In this document: positions 36,770-45,476 of the stretch, in pieces
Layout of the letters: every line of letters starts with the position of its first letter
How positions within the stretch are numbered: position 1 is the stretch's first letter
Source: Jiangellales bacterium
GTDB lineage: Bacteria > Actinomycetota > Actinomycetes > Jiangellales > Jiangellaceae
Assembly: GCA_035462375.1 (NCBI GenBank)
Contig: DATHUJ010000057.1
Span: forward strand, 114 to 64,113
Direction of reading: 5' to 3'
Length of the DNA stretch: 64,000 nucleotides
Notes under the pieces: model-generated
Database searches by the model: none
The model's input: the letters and a program-made list of their open reading frames with translations, nothing else
What the model was told of the DNA's origin: nothing
Program-made: the position numbers and the translations under genes

Positions 36770-39073
36770 ATGACCGGGCTCATCCGCGCTGCCGACGGCG
36801 GCACGGTGGTCTCGCTCTCCGGCAGCAACCTCTCCTACGTCGTCGTGGTCGCGCTCGTCGCGGTCGCGGCGCTCGTGATGGCGGCGCTGTTCCGCCGCGA
36901 GGTGCTCGCCGCGAGCGAGGGCACCGACAGCATGAAGGACATCGCGCACGCCGTGCAGGAAGGCGCCGCGGCCTACCTCAACCGCCAGTACCGCACCCTG
37001 GGTGTCTTCATCGTCCTGGTCTTCGGGCTGCTGTTCCTGCTCCCCGGCGACGCGGGGGTTCGGATCGGCCGCTCCTTCTTCTTCGTCGTGGGTGCCCTGT
37101 TCTCGGCGGCGATCGGCTACCTCGGGATGTGGCTGGCCACGCGCGCCAACGTGCGGATGGCAGCGGCCGCCCGCGACGACGACTCCAACGGGGCGATGCG
37201 CATCGCCTTCCGTACGGGGGGGGTCGTGGGGATGGCCACGGTGGGCCTCGGCCTGCTGGGGGCCTCGATCGTCGTGCTGGTCTACCGCGGCGACGCGCCC
37301 GCCGTGCTGGAGGGATTCGGCTTCGGCGCCGCCCTGCTCGCGATGTTCATGCGGGTCGGCGGCGGAATCTTCACCAAGGCTGCCGACGTGGGCGCCGACC
37401 TGGTCGGCAAGGTCGAGCAGGGTATTCCCGAGGACGACCCCCGCAACGCCGCGACGATCGCGGACAACGTCGGCGACAACGTCGGCGACTGCGCCGGCAT
37501 GGCGGCCGACCTCTTCGAGTCCTACGCCGTGATGCTGGTGGCGGCGCTCATCCTGGGCAAGGCGGCCTTCGGCGAGGAGGGCCTGGTCTTCCCGCTGGTG
37601 GTCCCGGCCATCGGTGCGGTGACCGCGGTTCTCGGCATCTACCTGACCCGGCCCCGCACCGGTGAGAACGGCCTCAAGACGATCAACCGCAGCTTCTACC
37701 TGTCGGCGCTGTTCTCTGCCCTCCTCTCCGGCCTGGCCGCCTACGCCTACCTGCCCTCGACCTTCGTCGAGCTGTCCGGCGGCATCGAGGCCGACGGCGA
37801 CCCGCGCCTGCTCGCCACGGTCGCGGTGTTCATCGGCATCGTGCTCGCCGGGGTGATCCTCTGGCTCACCGGCTACTTCACCGGCACCGACAGGCGCCCG
37901 GTCAAGGACGTGGTGTCCACCTCGCTGACCGGCCCGGCCACGGTGATCCTGTCCGGGGTGTCGCTCGGCCTGGAGTCCGCCGTCTACACCGCCTTGGTCA
38001 TCGGCAGCGCGGTCTACGGGGCGTTCCTCCTCGGCGGCGGCTCGGTCATCCTCTCGCTCTTCCTGATCGCCCTGGCCGGCACCGGCCTGCTCACCACCGT
38101 CGGCGTCATCGTGGCCATGGACACCTTCGGACCGGTCAGCGACAACGCCCAGGGCATCGCCGAGATGTCCGGGGACGTGCACGGCGACGGGGCGCAGATC
38201 CTCACCGACCTCGACGCCGTCGGCAACACCACCAAGGCGATCACCAAGGGCATCGCCATCTCCACCGCGGTGCTCGCAGCGACCGCCCTGTTCGGCTCGT
38301 ACAACGACGCGGTCAACACCGCCCTGCGCGAGGCCGGCATCGCGGCCGGCGATGCAGGTGCTGCGTTCCTGCGCACGGTCGACTCGCCCAACGTCCTGGT
38401 CGGCGTGCTCATCGGCGCCTGCGTGGTGTTCCTCTTCTCCGGCCTGGCGATCAGCGCGGTCGGCCGGGCGGCCGGGGCCGTGGTCTTCGAGGTCCGCCGC
38501 CAGTTCCGCGACATCCCGGGGATCATGGAGGGCACGGCCAAGCCCGAGTACGGCAAGGTCGTCGACATCGTCACCCGCGACTCGCTCCGCGAGCTGGCCA
38601 CGCCCGGCCTGCTGGCGGCGATGGCGCCCATCGCGGTCGGCTTCGGCCTCGGGGTGGGCCCGCTCGCCGGCTTCCTCGGCGGGGCGATCGCGTGCGGCAC
38701 GCTCATGGCGGTCTTCCTGGCCAACTCCGGCGGGGCCTGGGACAACGCCAAGAAGGTCGTCGAGGACGGGGCGCTGGGCGGCAAGGGATCCAGCGCCCAC
38801 GACGCCACGGTCATCGGTGACACCGTCGGCGACCCGTTCAAGGACACGGCCGGCCCGGCGATCAACCCGCTGCTCAAGGTGATGAACCTGGTCTCGGTGC
38901 TCATCGCCCCGGCGATCGTGGCCGTCTCCGTCGGCGATGGGGCCAACAACGGTCTTCGCTACGGCATAGCGCTGACCGCCGTAGCGATCGTCGTGGGTGC
39001 GGTCGTGGTCTCCAAGCGCCGTCCGATTGCGATCGAGGCGTCCAGCGAGCCGCAGCGCATCAGCGCCTCCTGA
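36770..39073 (+). CDS. hppA: K+-insensitive H+-translocating pyrophosphatase
   Basis: It has GDNVGDCAGMAADLFESY, GNTTKAITKG (Lys variant, meaning K+-independent) and DTVGDPFKDTAGP. AAGGAGG precedes the ATG. It is 767 aa. Confidence 0.95.
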   Translation: MTGLIRAADGGTVVSLSGSNLSYVVVVALVAVAALVMAALFRREVLAASEGTDSMKDIAHAVQEGAAAYLNRQYRTLGVFIVLVFGLLFLLPGDAGVRIGRSFFFVVGALFSAAIGYLGMWLATRANVRMAAAARDDDSNGAMRIAFRTGGVVGMATVGLGLLGASIVVLVYRGDAPAVLEGFGFGAALLAMFMRVGGGIFTKAADVGADLVGKVEQGIPEDDPRNAATIADNVGDNVGDCAGMAADLFESYAVMLVAALILGKAAFGEEGLVFPLVVPAIGAVTAVLGIYLTRPRTGENGLKTINRSFYLSALFSALLSGLAAYAYLPSTFVELSGGIEADGDPRLLATVAVFIGIVLAGVILWLTGYFTGTDRRPVKDVVSTSLTGPATVILSGVSLGLESAVYTALVIGSAVYGAFLLGGGSVILSLFLIALAGTGLLTTVGVIVAMDTFGPVSDNAQGIAEMSGDVHGDGAQILTDLDAVGNTTKAITKGIAISTAVLAATALFGSYNDAVNTALREAGIAAGDAGAAFLRTVDSPNVLVGVLIGACVVFLFSGLAISAVGRAAGAVVFEVRRQFRDIPGIMEGTAKPEYGKVVDIVTRDSLRELATPGLLAAMAPIAVGFGLGVGPLAGFLGGAIACGTLMAVFLANSGGAWDNAKKVVEDGALGGKGSSAHDATVIGDTVGDPFKDTAGPAINPLLKVMNLVSVLIAPAIVAVSVGDGANNGLRYGIALTAVAIVVGAVVVSKRRPIAIEASSEPQRISAS

Positions 39074-39127
39074 CGGCCGGGGACGGGAACCCGCCGGGGA
39101 ACCACCTGGGTACGGCATGCTCCCCGG

Positions 39128-40804
39128 GTGGAGACCGCAGCACCCCCCGCTCGCGCCCGTGGGGCGGGAACCGCCGAGATCGTGTTCCTGGGCACCGCCT
39201 TCACCGCCGACCCGGTCCGACCGTTCGCCGACGCCGTGGCCGTCGCGGGTGGTCGCGTCGTCGCGGTCGGTTCGGGGGACGCCCGGGAGCTCGCCGGCGC
39301 CGGGACCGAGGTCGTCCGGGTCGAGGGCCTGGTGCTGCCCGGCTTCCAGGATGCTCATGTCCACCCCGTCCAAGGCGGGGTCGAGCGGCTGCACTGCGAC
39401 CTCTCCGGCCTCGCCGGGCCCGAGGACTACCTCGACCGCGTCGCCGACCACGCCGCGCGGCACCCCGACCGGACCTGGATCACGGGCGGCGGCTGGGCCA
39501 GCGCGCACTTCGGGGGCGGGACGCCGCGGCGCGAGGACCTCGACCGCGCCACGCGGGGCCGCCCCGCCCTCCTGGTCAGCCGCGACCACCACGGCGCCTG
39601 GGTCAGCAGCCGGGCCCTCGAGCTGGCGGGCATCACCGCCGAGACCCCGGACCCACCGGACGGCCGGATCGAGCGCGACGAGGACGGCACCCCCACCGGG
39701 ACACTCCACGAGGGAGCGGTCGCACTCGTCGGGAGGCTCCTCCCGCCCACCCCCGACGGTGAGCTCGACGAGGGCCTCCTGCTCGCCCAGGACTATCTGC
39801 ACTCCCTCGGGATCACGGCCTGGCAGGACGCGATCGTCGGCGACTACGCGGGCCACCGGGACCCCTCGGGCGCCTACCGCCGGCTCGACGACGACGGCCG
39901 CCTGACCGCCCGCGTGGTCGGAGCCCTCTGGTGGGACCGGGAGCGTGGCGCCGAGCAGGTCGCCGACCTGCGCGAGCGCCGGGTCCAGCTCTCCGGCCGC
40001 CGGTTCCGCGCCACGAGCGTCAAGATCATGCAGGACGGGGTCCCCGAGAACGGCAGCGCCGCCATGCTCGACCCCTACTTGGACGGCCGTGGCAGCCCAA
40101 CCGGCAACCGCGGGCACTCGTACGTGGAGGCGGCGCAGCTGCGGGAGCACGTCAGCGCACTGGACGTGGCCGGCTTCCAGGTCCACGTCCACGCGATCGG
40201 GGACCGCGCCGTGCGCGAGGCGCTCGACGCCGTCGCCGAGGCCCGGCTCCGCAACGGCCCCACCGACAACCGGCACCACATCGCGCACGTCCAGGTGGTC
40301 CACCCCGACGACGTCCCGCGTTTCGCCGCGGTCGGCGCCGCGGCCACGATCCAGCCGCTGTGGGCGGCGTACGACCAGCAGATGGTCCGCCTCACCCTTC
40401 CGGTGCTCGGCGAGGAACGCTCCCGCCGGCAGTACCCCTTCGCCGACCTGCACCGCGCCGGCGCCGTCCTGGCCGGCGGCAGCGACTGGCCGGTGAGCAC
40501 CCCGGACCCGCTGGCCGGCATCCACGTCGCCGTCAACCGCACGCTGCCGCCCGCGCTCGCCGACGGCGACGACCGACCCTTCCTCCCCGAGCAGGCGATC
40601 GACCTCGCCACCGCCCTCACCGCCTACACCGCCGGCTCCGCGTACGTGAACCACCTCGACGACGCCGGCACGCTCACCGTCGGCGCGCTGGCCGACGTCG
40701 TGGTGCTCGACCGCGACCCGTTCGCCCACCCACCCGGCGAGATCGCCGACTGCCGGGTCCGGCAGACCTGGGTCGGCGGCGAGCTCGTGCACGGCGGGAG
40801 GTGA
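39128..40804 (+). CDS. amidohydrolase family protein (YtcJ/Amidohydro_3-like)
   Basis: It reads PGFQDAHVHP...HVHAIGDRA...HHIAHVQ...GSDWPV. Confidence 0.85.
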   Translation: METAAPPARARGAGTAEIVFLGTAFTADPVRPFADAVAVAGGRVVAVGSGDARELAGAGTEVVRVEGLVLPGFQDAHVHPVQGGVERLHCDLSGLAGPEDYLDRVADHAARHPDRTWITGGGWASAHFGGGTPRREDLDRATRGRPALLVSRDHHGAWVSSRALELAGITAETPDPPDGRIERDEDGTPTGTLHEGAVALVGRLLPPTPDGELDEGLLLAQDYLHSLGITAWQDAIVGDYAGHRDPSGAYRRLDDDGRLTARVVGALWWDRERGAEQVADLRERRVQLSGRRFRATSVKIMQDGVPENGSAAMLDPYLDGRGSPTGNRGHSYVEAAQLREHVSALDVAGFQVHVHAIGDRAVREALDAVAEARLRNGPTDNRHHIAHVQVVHPDDVPRFAAVGAAATIQPLWAAYDQQMVRLTLPVLGEERSRRQYPFADLHRAGAVLAGGSDWPVSTPDPLAGIHVAVNRTLPPALADGDDRPFLPEQAIDLATALTAYTAGSAYVNHLDDAGTLTVGALADVVVLDRDPFAHPPGEIADCRVRQTWVGGELVHGGR

Positions 40805-40970
40805 GGCGGGTGGGTACGCCACCCCACCTGGACGCCGAGTCCGTGGCGCGCGTCCGCGAGTACCTCGGGCGCCGAGAACCCTGCCGTACGGCTCGAGGAG
40901 TGGCCGTACGCCGTCGAGCTGCTGCCCCTGCTGCCGACCCGAGCGCCGCGCCAACCCGATCTCTGCCGTC

Positions 40971-42113
40971 TCAGCGGCGCTCGTGCGGGTACTCCGCGGC
41001 GCGCCGCTGGAAGGACAGGATCCTCGGGTTCTGGACGACTCCTGCGCGGATCTCGATCGCCTGCCGGATCGTCCGGTCGGCGTCCCAGGCGTCCGGGCCG
41101 GCGAGGACCGTGCGCACGTGGGGGAGCAGGGCCTCGCTGATCTCCCAGGTGGCGGAGTTCCACAGGTAGGAGGGGCTGTGGTCCACCCCGTAGTAGCGGA
41201 CCCCGTCGCCGACCGTGAAGACCGGGTCCTCGAAGGCGGTCGGCCGGGCGAAGTCGAAGCCCATCCCCTCGTCGCAGGACACGTCCACGATGAGGCTCCC
41301 CGGCGGGAACCGCTCGACCTCGTCTCCCACGACGAACATGAGCGGGGAGTCGGTGTCCTGCAGCACGCAGTTGACCACCAGGTCGTGACGGGCCAGGAAC
41401 TCGTGGACGGGCACCACCCCCTCCCGGGTGACCACCTCCGTCCGGCTCGGGTCCCCCGCCGTACGTTGCTGGTGGCCGAGCACCACGGACGGGATCGGCG
41501 AGGCGACGGCGGTGACGTCGCGCATCGTGAGCGCGGTGACCTCGTGCACCCCGAGCGCGTGCAGGCCCGTGACCGCGCCGCGGGCGGTGTTGCCGAAGCC
41601 GATGACGACCGCCCTCAGGTGGTGCCCGTAGTGGCCGGTGAGTCCGTCGAGCGCCATCGCGTGCAGCACGGAGGCGTAGCCGGCCATCTCGTTGTTGATG
41701 TGGAAGACGTGGACCAGGAACCGGCCGTCCCCGGTCCAGTGGTTCATCTCCTCCCAGGCGATGAGCGTGAGGCGCTTGTCGATCGCCAGCTGGGTGAGCT
41801 CGGCGTCCTGGACGCAGTGCGGCCATCCCCACAGGACCTGGCCGTCACGCAGCTCGGTCACGTCGGGGAGCGTCGGCTTGGGCAGGAGGACGACGTCGGA
41901 CTCGGCGATGATCTCCCGCCGGGTCCGCATCCCCGCGACCAGGGGGGTGAGGTGGTCGTCGGGCAGGTCGAAGTGGTCGCCGTAGCCGTGCTCGAGCAGG
42001 ATCCGCTCGCGCAGGTCGGCGTCGATCCGCTCCACGTGCCGCGGGTGGATCGGCAGCCGGTGCTCGTTCTCCTTCCCGGACTCGCCGAGCACTCCGAGCG
42101 TCAGGCCGTCCAT
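40971..42113 (-). CDS. alanine dehydrogenase/PNT-family protein, N5-(carboxyethyl)ornithine synthase-like
   Basis: It reads MDGLTLGVLGESGKENEHRLPIHP...VVIGFGNTARGA. AGGAGG precedes ATG 42113. The functional subfamily is tentative. Confidence 0.65.
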   Translation of the reverse strand: MDGLTLGVLGESGKENEHRLPIHPRHVERIDADLRERILLEHGYGDHFDLPDDHLTPLVAGMRTRREIIAESDVVLLPKPTLPDVTELRDGQVLWGWPHCVQDAELTQLAIDKRLTLIAWEEMNHWTGDGRFLVHVFHINNEMAGYASVLHAMALDGLTGHYGHHLRAVVIGFGNTARGAVTGLHALGVHEVTALTMRDVTAVASPIPSVVLGHQQRTAGDPSRTEVVTREGVVPVHEFLARHDLVVNCVLQDTDSPLMFVVGDEVERFPPGSLIVDVSCDEGMGFDFARPTAFEDPVFTVGDGVRYYGVDHSPSYLWNSATWEISEALLPHVRTVLAGPDAWDADRTIRQAIEIRAGVVQNPRILSFQRRAAEYPHERR

Positions 42114-42201
42114 CCGTCCTCCTGGGGCGTCCCACTGGATCGGCCCCTTGCTACCACGCGAGTTGCACTGTGCCTGCGGAACGGGTTCAGATGGGTGGGT
42201 C

Positions 42202-43200
42202 GTGCCGCGCCACCTGGTCTCCCTCGCCGCCGCGGCGACGCTCCTCGTGGGGTGCGCCGCCGCGGACGACCCAGCGGCCGACCGGGGGTCGGCGTCGGCG
42301 GCCTCCCCGATCGCCAGCCCGTCCCCGACGACCGCGTCGCCGGGCCCGACCTCCCCCTCGCCCGAGCCGGCGACCACCGCCCCGCAGCCGCCCGCCACCT
42401 TCGACCCTGCCACGGCGTACGCGACGGTGGAGACGCTGGCCGGCGGGATCGGGCCCCGCGAGGCGGCGTCCCCGGCGTTCCTGGAGGCCGCCGACGTGCT
42501 CGAGGAGCGGCTGGCCTCGTGGGGCTACTCGGTCGTTCGGCGCCCGGTCGACCTGCCGGCGGGGGACTCCTGGGGGGTGCCGGTTCCGGCGGGCGAGTCA
42601 CTCTCGCTGGTAGCGACGCCACCCGGCTTCGACCCGGCCGCCCCGCACCGGGTGGTCGGGGCACACCTGGACACCGTCGCGGTCGCACCGGGTGCCGAGG
42701 ACAACGCCTCGGGCATCGGCGTGATGCTCGAGCTGGCCCGGATGGCCGTCGAGGAGCCACCGCCGGTGCCGGTCGTGATCATCGCCTTCGGCGCGGAGGA
42801 GCCCCGTGGTCGCGGCGACGACATGCACCACTTCGGCTCTCAGGCCTACGTCCGCGACCTGCCCGAGGAGCAGCTGGCCGCGATCGTCGGCATGCTGGCG
42901 CTGGACCGGGTGGGCGTGCCGACGGACGTGCTGCCGGTGTGCCACGGCGGCCGGTCGCCCGACGCCGTACGCGACCAGCTGCTCGCCGCCGCCGACCGCC
43001 AGGGGATCCCGGCGCAACCGTGCGAGAACCGCGCCAGCGACCACTGGTCCTTCGAGAAGGCGGGGGTCGCCGTCGCGCGGCTGGGCAGCGTCCCCTACCC
43101 GGGCTACCACTCGCCGCAGGACGTGCCCTCGGTCGTGGACCCCGCGCAGCTCGACCGGGCCGGCCGGACGGCCTGGGAGTGGCTGCGGACTCCCGCCTGA
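42202..43200 (+). CDS. M28-family aminopeptidase lipoprotein
   Basis: A lipobox LLVGC follows VPRHLVSLAAAAT. Metal ligand motifs are HLDTV, EDNASG and FGAEE. Confidence 0.8.
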   Translation: MPRHLVSLAAAATLLVGCAAADDPAADRGSASAASPIASPSPTTASPGPTSPSPEPATTAPQPPATFDPATAYATVETLAGGIGPREAASPAFLEAADVLEERLASWGYSVVRRPVDLPAGDSWGVPVPAGESLSLVATPPGFDPAAPHRVVGAHLDTVAVAPGAEDNASGIGVMLELARMAVEEPPPVPVVIIAFGAEEPRGRGDDMHHFGSQAYVRDLPEEQLAAIVGMLALDRVGVPTDVLPVCHGGRSPDAVRDQLLAAADRQGIPAQPCENRASDHWSFEKAGVAVARLGSVPYPGYHSPQDVPSVVDPAQLDRAGRTAWEWLRTPA

Positions 43201-43223
43201 CCCGCGCACCCGCAATGACCGCG

Positions 43224-44516
43224 TCAACCGGGGCCGACCGGGTCAGGGCCCACGTGCTGGAGGCTTCGCGCGGCCCGGCCGGCACCCACCGCCCGCCGGG
43301 CCGGCAGGTAGAGCGGCGCGGCCAGGGCGAGCACGACAGCCCCTACGAGCATGGCCGCGGCCGTCGAGGTCGCGCCGGCCAGGGCCGTCTGCGCGATGCC
43401 GCCGATCGCGGCGGAGGGCTGGGCGACCATCGAGTTGAGCGAGACGACGGTCGAGCGGTGGGCACCGTCGACCTGGCCGTGCAGGAGCGTCATGTGCAGC
43501 GGGTTGGACGCCCCGTGCACGACATAGCAGGCCAGGAAGCCGGCCAGCAGTCCCGGCGCCCCGGCGGCCAGGCCCATGACCACGACCGTCGCGGCTTGTA
43601 CGAGGCGCAGCAGCCCGGCGGTCAGGGCGACGTCGAGCCGGGGGCCGATCGCCGAGACCACGCCCGCACCCACCGCCGACGCCACCCATGCGGCGGAGGC
43701 GGCGGGACCCATCAGGGCACCGGCCTGGGCCGTCCCGCCGACGAGCTCGGCCAGCCGGACCGGCGTGAGCGACTCGAAGGAAACCATGCCGAAGCCCCAG
43801 GACACCTCCACCAGGACGAGCGCGGTGAGGACCCGCGAACCTCGCAGCAGCCGCAGCCCCCCGACCACGACCCGGGGCACCTCCCGGACCGAGGCCGATA
43901 GCCGTCGACGACCTCCGCGGTGGGGCTCCCGCGGCAGCAGGAGCACCACGGCGAAGAGGTTGACCACGCTCAGTCCGGCGGCCACGACTACCGGCGCAGC
44001 GACCGCGGGCACGAGCCCGGGGAGTGGGTCGAGGGCCACCAGCCCTCCGGACAGCAGGGCGCCACCCGCGACGGTCAGGCCGAGCACCGTGCTGCCCGCC
44101 GAGAGCCCGCGCTCGAGCCGCGAGCCCGGCCGGTCGAGCAGGACCGCGTCGACGAACCACGCCTCCAGCGGCCCGCTGTCCAACGCCCGGTACACGCCCT
44201 GCACCGCGTAGGCCACCATGAACGCCACCAGCGACCCCGCCGTGGCCATCAGCACCAGCGAGAGCACGCCGACCACGGCCGCCGTCAGCAGCACGGGGCG
44301 CCGCCCGAGCGAGTCGGCCAGCCCGCCGGTCGGCAGCTCCAGAGCGAGGACGACGAGGCCCTGTACGGCGACGGCCAGCCCGACCTGGGGAAGGGTGAGT
44401 CCGCGTTCCAGCGGCAGCAGCACCAGGACCGGCACCAGCATGCCGGTCGGCAGCCAGCGCAGGGCAGTGAGCGCCAGGAAGCGTCGGGTGGCTTGAGCGG
44501 CGGTCAGGGCGCTCAC
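43224..44516 (-). CDS. MFS transporter
   Basis: It is 430 aa with about 12 TM helices and reads LPTGGLADSLGRRP. GTG 44516 overlaps the ArsR-like stop. Confidence 0.85.
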   Translation of the reverse strand: MSALTAAQATRRFLALTALRWLPTGMLVPVLVLLPLERGLTLPQVGLAVAVQGLVVLALELPTGGLADSLGRRPVLLTAAVVGVLSLVLMATAGSLVAFMVAYAVQGVYRALDSGPLEAWFVDAVLLDRPGSRLERGLSAGSTVLGLTVAGGALLSGGLVALDPLPGLVPAVAAPVVVAAGLSVVNLFAVVLLLPREPHRGGRRRLSASVREVPRVVVGGLRLLRGSRVLTALVLVEVSWGFGMVSFESLTPVRLAELVGGTAQAGALMGPAASAAWVASAVGAGVVSAIGPRLDVALTAGLLRLVQAATVVVMGLAAGAPGLLAGFLACYVVHGASNPLHMTLLHGQVDGAHRSTVVSLNSMVAQPSAAIGGIAQTALAGATSTAAAMLVGAVVLALAAPLYLPARRAVGAGRAARSLQHVGPDPVGPG

Positions 44517-45199
44517 GCCGTCGGCCCCGGTCGCGCGGTGTCCACCGGGACGGATTCACGGGGACCTGGCGGCAGCGGTGCCGGAAAGGCCTGGACGTAA
44601 ACCGCGACCTGCCGTGCCCCCTCGCGCTCCCGGTCCGGCCGGCGCCCCCGGAGCCGGCGCTCGACGACCTCCCAGAGGTCGCGGGAGAGATCGGCGAGCT
44701 CGTCGGCGGTCAGCCACAGGGCGGCATCGGAGTCCTGGGCCGCCCGGACCCAGGGACGCGGCCACTCCGCACGCGCGGCGTACCACGCCTGCAGGGCCCG
44801 GGCCTGCGTTCGCAGCCGCTCCCGCTCCAGCACCGTCACCGCGTCGCGTCCGGACCGGTCGTCGAGGAAGCGCTCGACGTCCCAGGCGGTCAGCTCGTGG
44901 ACCGCCTGCCAGACCCGCTCCCGCCGGGACGGCTGGTGGCGGGCCTCCTCGACGAAGCCGTACCGGGCCAGCTGGCGGAGGTGGTAGCTGGTGGAGCCAC
45001 TGGACTCGCCGACCTCGCGGCCGAGGGCGCTCGCCGTCGCCGGGCCGGTGGTCCGCAGGAGGCCGAGCAGGCGCATCCGCAGCGGGTGGGCGAGGGCACG
45101 CAGGGTCGAGAGGTCGTCGACCTGCTTGCGCGACGGCGGGTGGTGGGCGCCGGTCCCGCGGTCGGCGGGGGGCCCCTCGGACGGGCTCGGGTGGCTCAC
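44513..45199 (-). CDS. ArsR-family winged-helix transcriptional regulator (extended C-terminus)
   Basis: It reads LRALAHPLRMRLLGLLRTTGPATASALGREVGESSGSTSYHLRQLARYGFV. Confidence 0.8.
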   Translation of the reverse strand: MSHPSPSEGPPADRGTGAHHPPSRKQVDDLSTLRALAHPLRMRLLGLLRTTGPATASALGREVGESSGSTSYHLRQLARYGFVEEARHQPSRRERVWQAVHELTAWDVERFLDDRSGRDAVTVLERERLRTQARALQAWYAARAEWPRPWVRAAQDSDAALWLTADELADLSRDLWEVVERRLRGRRPDREREGARQVAVYVQAFPAPLPPGPRESVPVDTARPGPTA

Positions 45200-45214
45200 A
45201 CTGCCAGGGTAGGA

Positions 45215-45244
45215 TGCAAAGGAGTATTTGCAAAGATCTCTTTG
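45215..45244. promoter_or_regulatory. two adjacent palindromes TGCAAA-N6-TTTGCA and CAAAGA-TC-TCTTTG, candidate ArsR-type operator
   Basis: It lies in an AT-rich patch 16-45 nt upstream of the regulator start, in the regulator/topA divergent region. Confidence 0.45.
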
Positions 45245-45476
45245 GGATCACGTCCCGGTCACGGCCGGTTGCGCGCGACGGGGTACGGTGCGGGGGTCCA
45301 GCGCCCGGGGGAGGACGACCCGGTCGAGCCCGTCGGACCGCCCCGCCACCTCGGCGGGGCCGGAGCCGGTCTCGCCGCGAGGCACCGCCGGGCGCCGGAG
45401 TTGACATCCCGGCCCGCCCGGGCCGCACACTTCCCGCGGGTCGTCCGGCCCGCCCACCCGTACCGAGGAGCAGTCG

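Noticed and set aside
36452-40954. 1500-aa ORF on the minus strand
   Set aside because: It is antisense to hppA and the amidohydrolase, both of which have unmistakable motifs. Its translation is Arg/Gly/Asp/His/Pro-rich low complexity with no domain logic. This is the classic stop-free antisense frame of high-GC DNA.
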